A stretch of 23,697 bases of DNA from an uncultured virus (IMG/VR IMGVR_UViG_3300021185_004515) (lineage: Duplodnaviria > Heunggongvirae > Uroviricota > Caudoviricetes). The notes under the pieces were generated by a model, which saw only the letters and a program-made list of their open reading frames with translations, was not told the origin of the DNA and did not search any database. Within the stretch, counting starts at the first letter, position 1. Each line of letters begins with the position of its first letter. The stretch lies in the IMG/VR virus record IMGVR_UViG_3300021185_004515; one strand, given 5' to 3'. The translations under genes were made by a program, and so were the position numbers. Of the stretch, positions 16,865 through 23,564 are shown in pieces.

Positions 16865-17190
16865 TATATCGCTCTCCGTTGTGTTTTAGCCGAGGGTATT
16901 CTGGTGTTGAATCCGAATCTTTTTTCTGCGGCTATTCGTCGTGATGATTTCCAACCTGGACACACTTCTCGCACTCGCCTCATCCGAAAATCTATTTCGT
17001 CGGTGTTGCGATAATGGCGTGGTAAGCGTTGTTGATTTAATCCTATGTAAAATGTGCGGTCGCATTCAGGACAGTCCCACAAGTTGGCTGCTAAACACTC
17101 ATCACAGAAATAATATTCTGTTCCTGAGTGATATTGCCGATTTAGGGTGGGGTAGTCTTGCCAACACTGATTACACAGGGTTATACTCAT
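16864..17190 (-). CDS. Cys-rich zinc-finger protein (108 aa)
   Basis: CNQC, CDEC, CPEC; overlapping stop/start at both ends. Confidence 0.75.
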   Translation of the reverse strand: MSITLCNQCWQDYPTLNRQYHSGTEYYFCDECLAANLWDCPECDRTFYIGLNQQRLPRHYRNTDEIDFRMRRVREVCPGWKSSRRIAAEKRFGFNTRIPSAKTQRRAI

Positions 17191-17729
17191 TCCTCCTGTT
17201 CAAAGAAAACCCAACGGGTCAAATCTGCATCAATAGTATTTCCGTCAATTCCGTGAAGGTATGACAGCAAACCTTCCCAAGAACCAAAAATCCAATTGTG
17301 GTTCATAACACCAAAAATCCAGTTAGAAACATTGTTCTTTCCGCCTTCAACCATCACCAAAGTTGGTTTCCGTTGGTCAAGTGCTGTTTTGAGTTCCCAA
17401 ATAGTTCCAAATGGTTTAGCATCCATGTCAATATAAACCATGACAAAATCGCTACGGTCAAGCATACGGAGGTCTACATGAGCAATCGGCTTCATGATTT
17501 TTGTCAAACCTTCGTAATCTTCTTGGGCTTTCAAATCCATTAACTTAACTTTCTCTTCTTCAATTTCTTTGTATTCGGTATCAAGTGTGGGTTTGTTGCA
17601 AGGGTCCATTACTGCTACGCCTTTCTGTTTAAGCCAACGGGTGGCTTTGTTTCTCCACCCGACTCCATCATCGTCTGCGTAATCTATTGGTCCTGCCAAA
17701 TAACATCTTAGTCCTTTCAATCTATTCAT
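17187..17729 (-). CDS. Nucleoside 2-deoxyribosyltransferase-like / nucleotide N-glycosidase family protein
   Basis: YLAGPID...WR...VMDP...DL..LDRSD...GT..E..A...KP; ATG 17729 behind GGAGTGA. Confidence 0.82.
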   Translation of the reverse strand: MNRLKGLRCYLAGPIDYADDDGVGWRNKATRWLKQKGVAVMDPCNKPTLDTEYKEIEEEKVKLMDLKAQEDYEGLTKIMKPIAHVDLRMLDRSDFVMVYIDMDAKPFGTIWELKTALDQRKPTLVMVEGGKNNVSNWIFGVMNHNWIFGSWEGLLSYLHGIDGNTIDADLTRWVFFEQEE

Positions 17730-17734
17730 ATTTT

Positions 17735-17929
17735 TCACTCCGTAAATTCATCGTATATGTCGTCATTGGGTGGTCTGATAATTTGATGCTCTGGAGCGTT
17801 CAAATTAAACCATTGCTCAATGCTGACTCGTGATGTGGCGGGTAATGCTTCCATTAAACCTTGTAGAATGTGGGCGAACTCGTCGTCAGTTTCGTAACCG
17901 AGGGTGATTGTGATAATTTTGCATTTCAT
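17735..17929 (-). CDS. Small hypothetical protein (~64 aa)
   Basis: ATG 17929 behind GGAG; operon-like packing. Confidence 0.65.
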   Translation of the reverse strand: MKCKIITITLGYETDDEFAHILQGLMEALPATSRVSIEQWFNLNAPEHQIIRPPNDDIYDEFTE

Positions 17930-17934
17930 AATAA

Positions 17935-18273
17935 TTACTCCTGTTCTTCCCATTCTTTCCAAGACATATCTTCAGACTGTTCGGTATTAAAGTGGTCTTC
18001 AATTTCCTGATTGTTGGGGAGTCGTCCATGCTTTTGGATGTGATTTTGGGCAAAACTAATCCAATCTTCCAAGAATACATTTTGCGGGATGCTCATGTGT
18101 GATTCCTCAAATTCCATGTCGTCATCGGGGTAATGGGGGCAAACATGAGAAATAATGTGTTCCATCATGTCTCCCAGATTCCTGCGCTTCCACCAACCCA
18201 AATGAACCGAAGCAATATTGAGGGTGAAATTGAGTAGAGCCATTACAAGTAGAGTTTGAGTCCAAAAGTCCAT
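17935..18273 (-). CDS. N-terminally membrane-anchored acidic protein
   Basis: Hydrophobic N-terminus then WWKRR; TGATG overlap with upstream gene. Confidence 0.7.
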   Translation of the reverse strand: MDFWTQTLLVMALLNFTLNIASVHLGWWKRRNLGDMMEHIISHVCPHYPDDDMEFEESHMSIPQNVFLEDWISFAQNHIQKHGRLPNNQEIEDHFNTEQSEDMSWKEWEEQE

Positions 18274-18554
18274 CAATAAACATCTCCGTTAAGACGGGAC
18301 TTATCATCTTCGTAAGGTGCAGCGATGCGTCGGTAAAGTTCCATCTTGGAACATTCCAAGACACCAATAATTTCGTTGATACGAGCATAACTGATTCGCT
18401 CATCATCGTAGAGGATGGCTCCCAGAATTCGGGAAATGGTGTAGTTCAATCGTCCTGCGGTAGATTCAGTATCTCCTGTTTCTAAAAATCTGATGATAAA
18501 CGAATCAAGTTCGGCATCAAACTCATCTCTTTTATCTTGACGGATATAGGGCAT
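18273..18554 (-). CDS. Conserved viral helical protein (recalled as DUF6899-like; unverified)
   Basis: MPYI..., G.LNY.I, IGVLEC.K.ELYRR.AAPYED.K...NGDVY. Confidence 0.75.
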   Translation of the reverse strand: MPYIRQDKRDEFDAELDSFIIRFLETGDTESTAGRLNYTISRILGAILYDDERISYARINEIIGVLECSKMELYRRIAAPYEDDKSRLNGDVY

Positions 18555-18575
18555 ATCTAACTTTTTGTGATGCCA

Positions 18576-18584
18576 CCTATTTAA
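18576..18584 (-). promoter_or_regulatory. TATA-like box TTAAATAGG (extended AGTTAAATAGGTGGC); heads the 18554-15750 operon
   Basis: 30 nt before ATG 18554. Confidence 0.8.
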
Positions 18585-18585
18585 C

Positions 18586-19149
18586 TTATCTGTTGATGTT
18601 AATAACGCTGCAATCAGAGGATTCTTGAAAACAAAAGTTGAAGCGAGTGTCCCAGGTCTTGTAAGCCGTGGTGTAATTGTGAGTGGTGAATACTTGAGAT
18701 ACGGTGGGTCGTAAAGATTCTGGGTAGGTTTCTTCTATTACTTCATTCCTTAATCCTGATAGGGTGGCGTTTTTTCTCTTCGTAAGGAGCATATTTTGAT
18801 TGATAATTGGTTGTAAGTCAGAGGTATAATATGTGATTGGCGGGAGTTCAATTTCTTCCACTATTGTCATCCAAGAACTCATTTCTGCTATTACTTCTTG
18901 AAAATGTGCCAATTGGTTGGGTTCAGCCCGACCATGAAATATTATTTCCTGGGAATATGGAACGATGGAGTGTCCCCATAAGGAAATTTTACAAACCATA
19001 TAAGAGTGGATATAATCTGGGTCGTTTTTGAATAACTCCGCAGCAGACCGTAAATCCTCTGCGAGTCGGGTTTTTCCTTCTTCTTTTATGATAAATGGAT
19101 ATTCAGGGTAAAACACTAAGGCGATAGAGCCTGTGCTAACTTCTGACAT
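18586..19149 (-). CDS. Hypothetical protein (187 aa)
   Basis: ATG 29 nt after variant box. Confidence 0.75.
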   Translation of the reverse strand: MSEVSTGSIALVFYPEYPFIIKEEGKTRLAEDLRSAAELFKNDPDYIHSYMVCKISLWGHSIVPYSQEIIFHGRAEPNQLAHFQEVIAEMSSWMTIVEEIELPPITYYTSDLQPIINQNMLLTKRKNATLSGLRNEVIEETYPESLRPTVSQVFTTHNYTTAYKTWDTRFNFCFQESSDCSVININR

Positions 19150-19169
19150 GATTAACCTAATGTGGTGTT

Positions 19170-19178
19170 GCTATTTAG
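19170..19178 (-). promoter_or_regulatory. Variant box CTAAATAGC containing upstream stop codon
   Basis: 29 nt before ATG 19149. Confidence 0.65.
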
Positions 19179-19369
19179 ATTTTTTCAAATCTCGGGCGCA
19201 AATGGGACTCAAAATAGGCATAGACTGGCATCAGATAAATGGTCGCAATAATAGTGAACCATCCGAGATTAGTAAAATACGGGATGTTGGTAAGCCAGCA
19301 CCAGAGAAGGACTAAGGGTTGGAGAACAAGAGTTCCATAAATTGGTCGGATGATGTCGGCTCGTTCCAT
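19175..19369 (-). CDS. Small two-TM membrane protein (64 aa)
   Basis: Two hydrophobic segments; ATG 29 nt after box. Confidence 0.75.
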   Translation of the reverse strand: MERADIIRPIYGTLVLQPLVLLWCWLTNIPYFTNLGWFTIIATIYLMPVYAYFESHLRPRFEKI

Positions 19370-19389
19370 TACTTAAAATTAAGTGTATT

Positions 19390-19398
19390 CCTATTTAA
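19390..19398 (-). promoter_or_regulatory. TATA-like box TTAAATAGG
   Basis: 29 nt before ATG 19369. Confidence 0.8.
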
Positions 19399-19401
19399 CG
19401 A

Positions 19402-20016
19402 TTACCCGAATAGAAGTTGTAACTTTTCGTAATCTGTTAAGAAAGATTCCGTATCATACATTCCTGATAATCCTGAAAAGTTCCCTTGTCGCATATACAA
19501 TACTGGTTTGTTGTCCCAATCTTCAAGTTGTTGTAGTGGAAAATTGTGATTTTGTCGGAACAACTTTTTGGTGTTGTATGATATGATAATATCTGGTTGA
19601 ATTAAAGCGGGAAAGTTTCGGTAATAGGTGGATGAATCCCAATGGGAAATCCAATTGATAGTGCGTAATGGATAAACAATTTTGATGGGTGGGCCTTGGT
19701 CATATTCTGGCCGACCTGGGACTCCTGTGCCAAGAATATTCGTGATAATTCCTTGAGGGATTTCTTCTGCCAATTCTTTTTGGAATGTTTCTAATTGCCT
19801 TTTGATAAACTGGTTCACCTCAAAGTCATAAGTATAACTGGGCAATAGTGGTATCAAGTAAATTGTCCCTAATAACACATAGTTCCATCTGGTCCGAATC
19901 CACTCAAGAAGCAAACCAGCATCTTTTAGCCTCAATGGAGAGCCAGAAGAAACATCTATGTAGATGTATAAATCATCCCAACGAGGAAAGTTACCGTCCA
20001 TCATCGTAAGAGGCAT
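19402..20016 (-). CDS. Hypothetical protein (204 aa)
   Basis: ATG 28 nt after variant box. Confidence 0.75.
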   Translation of the reverse strand: MPLTMMDGNFPRWDDLYIYIDVSSGSPLRLKDAGLLLEWIRTRWNYVLLGTIYLIPLLPSYTYDFEVNQFIKRQLETFQKELAEEIPQGIITNILGTGVPGRPEYDQGPPIKIVYPLRTINWISHWDSSTYYRNFPALIQPDIIISYNTKKLFRQNHNFPLQQLEDWDNKPVLYMRQGNFSGLSGMYDTESFLTDYEKLQLLFG

Positions 20017-20033
20017 AGTGGTATTTATCCTCG

Positions 20034-20049
20034 CTGCTATATCAATTTA
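20034..20049 (-). promoter_or_regulatory. Variant promoter TAAATTGATATAGCAG, copy 1
   Basis: Exact 16-bp duplicate of 20222-20237; core is 28 nt before ATG 20016. Confidence 0.65.
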
Positions 20050-20188
20050 ATGAAAGGGCTATGGAAAACAGGAGTGAAAGACCGATGATAACCATAACAT
20101 CCCAATAGTCAAAAACCAATTGTTTGGTGAGGGGTATTATATCATTAACCATTGGTATTTCTGAGAGGTCCCATATTTTTCGTGGCAT
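20042..20188 (-). CDS. 48-aa membrane microprotein (MPRKIWDLSEIPMVNDIIPLTKQLVFDYWDVMVIIGLSLLFSIALSLN), not in ORF track
   Basis: C-terminal hydrophobic helix; AAGGGA SD; stop falls in the next promoter. Confidence 0.65.
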   Translation of the reverse strand: MPRKIWDLSEIPMVNDIIPLTKQLVFDYWDVMVIIGLSLLFSIALSLN

Positions 20189-20221
20189 AATATTCCCTTT
20201 GGATAATTGTATGAGTATTTT

Positions 20222-20237
20222 CTGCTATATCAATTTA
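20222..20237 (-). promoter_or_regulatory. Variant promoter TAAATTGATATAGCAG, copy 2
   Basis: Exact 16-bp duplicate; core is 44 nt before ATG 20188. Confidence 0.6.
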
Positions 20238-20255
20238 TAGTGCTGCTGCATCGTA

Positions 20256-21110
20256 TTAAAATAATGTGGCTTGCTGAGAAGTTCCTAATGTCTGGACTTG
20301 CGGAACCCAATGCGTGGTGCGGCCATCGGGTGTTTGCTCACGAATAACTAATCTTCCCGCAGGGTCTTTCTTTTGAGCATAACATTCAAACACAAATGAA
20401 TAAGTTCCGACTGTGCCATCGGGTGGGACATAATCTCGGAACGAGGCTCCACGAGATTGATAAGAGGAATAAATAACTGACTTAACTTGCTTGCTAAGGG
20501 TGGTTAAATCGCTATCGGTCAAATCTGAAACCAATGCAGACGGGTTAATTTTGGATTTGTAAAGTGCTTCGGCTTTGATGTAATTTCCTACTCCTGAAAC
20601 CACTTGCTGATTCATAATGGCTTTACAGATATTCCAGTGATTCTTTTTGCGAAGTCGCTCAATAAAGAATTCATCAGAAACAGACTCGCTTAACATATCT
20701 GGTCCAATTTTTGAGAGTTTAGTCTGTAATTCAGCCTCAGAATTTGTCTGGAAGAACTTGAAAGTTCCAAACCGTCGGGTATCACGATAATGCGCTTGTG
20801 TCCCATCAGAAAATTCTAATGTGAAATGGACACCTTTTAGGCTCTTGAGGTTTCCAAATCTCCAAGTGCCTGACATACCAAGTGTGTTAAAGACAACCCA
20901 CTCATCGGAAAATTTCCAGTAAATGAACTTGCCTTTACAATTGACAGAATCAACAGTCAAAGGAAGTGCTTGACGGAATTCATTAAACTCGTTTCTCATT
21001 TGCTTGGCGGCATATTCCCGAGTGTGAATGCGTAAATTGCTAACGGTTTTCCCTTGCAAAACACGGTGTAGTCGGTCGGTAATGGTTTTAACTTCTGGAC
21101 CTTCAGGCAT
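20256..21110 (-). CDS. Fpg/Nei family DNA glycosylase/AP lyase, zincless-finger type
   Basis: N-terminal MPEGPEV (catalytic Pro2/Glu3; ATG 21110 is 29 nt from box), KGK, LGMSG, D.RRFG, H2TH NQQVVSGVGNYIKAEALY, GRTTHWVPQVQ without the four finger Cys. Confidence 0.95.
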   Translation of the reverse strand: MPEGPEVKTITDRLHRVLQGKTVSNLRIHTREYAAKQMRNEFNEFRQALPLTVDSVNCKGKFIYWKFSDEWVVFNTLGMSGTWRFGNLKSLKGVHFTLEFSDGTQAHYRDTRRFGTFKFFQTNSEAELQTKLSKIGPDMLSESVSDEFFIERLRKKNHWNICKAIMNQQVVSGVGNYIKAEALYKSKINPSALVSDLTDSDLTTLSKQVKSVIYSSYQSRGASFRDYVPPDGTVGTYSFVFECYAQKKDPAGRLVIREQTPDGRTTHWVPQVQTLGTSQQATLF

Positions 21111-21130
21111 AATAATCAATTATGGGTTTT

Positions 21131-21139
21131 CCTATTTAA
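21131..21139 (-). promoter_or_regulatory. TATA-like box TTAAATAGG containing upstream stop codon
   Basis: 29 nt before ATG 21110. Confidence 0.82.
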
Positions 21140-21500
21140 GATAGAGGTTGCTTCCAGAGGTAATGATTTCTGGATAGGTTTTTCCGTCTAAATTACTGAT
21201 TCCATCAGTCCAATATGGGACTTTTTTGGGATTGAAACTAATGGATTTGCTGGAGTCTATGGAGATGGTTGAAGGGTATTCAAACCAGACAGAATCAGCA
21301 TCTACCCACGCACAAACTGTTTTGTTTCGTCCAGCGCAAATGGCCTCAGCAATTCGGTTTTGATTGTGCAACCGACAGCCAACCATCAGAATTTGAACTC
21401 GGGTTGGGTCGTGATATGTAACTCGGCCATCAGGATGTCTGACTTGAAATTTCTGGTGGTTTTGTCCCCGTCCCAAATGGAATCTAACTCGGTAATTCAT
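21132..21500 (-). CDS. Basic hypothetical protein, phage-like (122 aa)
   Basis: GGAGG SD; YRVRFHLGRG...KTVCAWV. Confidence 0.8.
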   Translation of the reverse strand: MNYRVRFHLGRGQNHQKFQVRHPDGRVTYHDPTRVQILMVGCRLHNQNRIAEAICAGRNKTVCAWVDADSVWFEYPSTISIDSSKSISFNPKKVPYWTDGISNLDGKTYPEIITSGSNLYLK

Positions 21501-21613
21501 TGACTTTTCCTCCGTTTCAAATATTCAATAACTTGAGGTGGTGGAAATGGGTTTCCACACGATTTTTTCTCTTGCGCTTGCACCGTTATCATCCATTGCC
21601 ACTCACTTTTCAT
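21497..21613 (-). CDS. 38-aa microprotein (MKSEWQWMITVQAQEKKSCGNPFPPPQVIEYLKRRKSQ), not in ORF track
   Basis: GAGG SD; ATGA overlap with downstream gene; follows promoter box. Confidence 0.55.
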   Translation of the reverse strand: MKSEWQWMITVQAQEKKSCGNPFPPPQVIEYLKRRKSQ

Positions 21614-21648
21614 TCTGAAGCCTCAAACAAAGCCCCATCAATGGTCTT

Positions 21649-21657
21649 CCTATTTAA
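21649..21657 (-). promoter_or_regulatory. TATA-like box TTAAATAGG containing upstream stop codon
   Basis: 44 nt before ATG 21613. Confidence 0.7.
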
Positions 21658-23236
21658 GAAGTTGCTTTTCACGAGCAATATCTAAGGGATTCTGTGTAAA
21701 TAACTCATGACCTCCATCAAAAGGTTGGGCTGGTGCTTTCCAACCCTCTTCTGCGGCCATGCGGAGTAGGGTTTTTTCAAGGTTAAGAGCATCTTGACCA
21801 ACTTCAAAGGGAATCACTTCGCAGTTTTCTATGGTGTGGTGAACTGGAAGGGTGTTTCGGATTTGTGACAATCGGCGTTGCCAACCTTTAGAAATACCTG
21901 CTTTGTAGTAAAGTATGTTTCCTAATTCAGAAGTAATTTTGTGAACATAATAATGGGCAGGTTCATCAGGTTTGAACCCAAAGGTTGCACAAGCAGGACA
22001 ACCAGAACTATTATGAACACGGTTTCTCCCTGCGGCTTTCCATTCATGGTCGCAAGTGCGACATTTCCAATCTAACTTTTTCGTATTTCCTGCAATAACT
22101 TTTGTAGCATCGCCTTGATATTCTTTGGCTAATTCGGGATGTGTCTGAGCCATTGAGTTTCTTCCGTCTTGATTATTTATTACATGGTTGGCACAAGCAG
22201 GACAACCACGACCACGGACACGGGTGTTTCCTGAGACTTTCCATTCATGGTCGCAAGTGCTACATTTCCAAGAAATACACTTATTAGTTCCAGCAACAAT
22301 TTTTGTTGCATCACCTTGATATTCTAAAGCCAATTCTGGGTGTGTTTGAGCCATTGAGTTCCGACCATCAATGTGGATTTGGCGATTTGCACAAACGGGA
22401 CAACCGCTTCCATCCGCTCTTGAATTTGAAGTGGCTTCCCACTTATGGTTGCAAGTGCTACATTTCCAAGGAAGTCGTTTGTTAGTTCCAGCAATAACTT
22501 TTGTCGCATCGCCTTGATATTCTTTGGCTAATTCGGGATGTGTCTGAGCCATTGAGTTTCTTCCGTGTTGATTATTTATTACATGGTTGGAGCAAGCAGG
22601 ACAACCTTTTCCTGCGCTCCTATTACTTCCTGCGGCTTTCCATTCATGGTCGCAAGTGCGACATTTCCAATCAAGCAGATAATTTGTCCCTGCAATGATT
22701 TTTGTCGCATCACCTTGATATTCAATGGCTAATTCTGGGTGTGTTTCTGCCATTGAGCCATTTTTTTGTAAGTGATAAGTTTTTTTGTTTTCGGCTTGTT
22801 TTTTCCTTCCACAAGGAGGACAACCACTTGCTTGTCTTTTCACACGAGATGCTCCCATTGCTGTCCATTCATGTTCACAAGTGCTACATTTCCAATCAAG
22901 TCGTTTGTTAGTTCCCGCCATAACTTTTGTCGCATCTCCTTGATATTCAGAGGCTAATTCTGGGTGAGTTTGCGCCATTGAGTTTCTTCCGTCTGAATGA
23001 ATTTTTTGCCCTGCACAAGCGGGGCAACCGTTTCCATTTTTTCTGCTGTCTCCTGTGGCTTTCCAGTTATTTTCGCAAGTGCGACATTTCCAATCTAACT
23101 TCTTACCTGTTCCCGCAGCCAATTCCAGAACTGAAACTGGTTTTCCGAGATGGGTAAAACCCTTGTTGCCTTCTGGGTTAAGTTCTGACAACAAATTTGG
23201 ATGTTCATTCCATGACGGATGGATTTTATCCGTCAT
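21650..23236 (-). CDS. Six-repeat zinc-ribbon (DUF4379/treble-clef-like) protein with C-terminal GIY-YIG/T5orf172-like nuclease domain
   Basis: THPELAxEY...WKCxTCxHxW...GCPxC units; tail HYYVHKI...YYKAGISK..QRRL...LEK.L...GGHELF. Confidence 0.85.
   Translation of the reverse strand: MTDKIHPSWNEHPNLLSELNPEGNKGFTHLGKPVSVLELAAGTGKKLDWKCRTCENNWKATGDSRKNGNGCPACAGQKIHSDGRNSMAQTHPELASEYQGDATKVMAGTNKRLDWKCSTCEHEWTAMGASRVKRQASGCPPCGRKKQAENKKTYHLQKNGSMAETHPELAIEYQGDATKIIAGTNYLLDWKCRTCDHEWKAAGSNRSAGKGCPACSNHVINNQHGRNSMAQTHPELAKEYQGDATKVIAGTNKRLPWKCSTCNHKWEATSNSRADGSGCPVCANRQIHIDGRNSMAQTHPELALEYQGDATKIVAGTNKCISWKCSTCDHEWKVSGNTRVRGRGCPACANHVINNQDGRNSMAQTHPELAKEYQGDATKVIAGNTKKLDWKCRTCDHEWKAAGRNRVHNSSGCPACATFGFKPDEPAHYYVHKITSELGNILYYKAGISKGWQRRLSQIRNTLPVHHTIENCEVIPFEVGQDALNLEKTLLRMAAEEGWKAPAQPFDGGHELFTQNPLDIAREKQLLK
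21985..23130 (-). repeat. Coding tandem repeat of ~200-bp units (6 copies) with a 399-bp higher-order duplication
   Basis: Sequence from 22107 and from 22506 is near-identical over ~85 bp. Confidence 0.9.
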
Positions 23237-23535
23237 TCATCCACCTTCTCCGAAACGGTCGGGCGGGTAAATGGTCGCTTAAATTGCTTCTGGTAAGTGG
23301 CTTGACAGGCATCACAGACGGGAAGTTTTTTTGCGAACTCATCGGTGCAATATTTTTCAGGCCATTCGGTGCTTGTGGCTCCGCAAAGTTTTTCCGCACC
23401 TGAAATAGCGATGTGAATCTCGGTGGGTTTAGGTAGACTCGCTTGACGCTTGGCTTCCGCTTTGGCTCCTTCATCAGCAGGGCAATTTCTGGAGTTATGA
23501 CCTGCTTCTCCGCATGAACCACATTTCCTTGCCAT
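23233..23535 (-). CDS. CCHC zinc-knuckle protein with second Cys/His zinc site (100 aa)
   Basis: CGSCGEAGHNSRNC (CX2CX4HX4C); H...LCG...CDAC; ATG 23535 is 29 nt from box; ATGA overlap with next gene. Confidence 0.82.
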   Translation of the reverse strand: MARKCGSCGEAGHNSRNCPADEGAKAEAKRQASLPKPTEIHIAISGAEKLCGATSTEWPEKYCTDEFAKKLPVCDACQATYQKQFKRPFTRPTVSEKVDE

Positions 23536-23555
23536 GAGGCAAGATTTTCTTGCCA

Positions 23556-23564
23556 CCTATTTAA
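23556..23564 (-). promoter_or_regulatory. TATA-like box TTAAATAGG (extended AGTTAAATAGGTGGC) containing upstream stop codon
   Basis: 29 nt before ATG 23535. Confidence 0.82.

Noticed and set aside
21985..23130. Repeat array considered as CRISPR or DGR template/variable repeat
   Set aside because: Units are ~200 bp, in frame and coding; no spacer architecture, cas or reverse transcriptase; differences not obviously adenine-specific
526..23522. Remaining + strand and nested short ORFs in the track (e.g. 526-747, 846-1139, 9666-10025, 23226-23522)
   Set aside because: Overlap better-supported minus-strand genes and lack motifs or expression signals
982..23564. TTAAATAG read as T4 late promoter (TATAAATA), or AGGTGG read as SD
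   Set aside because: Fixed ~29-nt spacing fits an archaeal TATA box and is too far for an SD; T4-like use cannot be excluded but is unsupported
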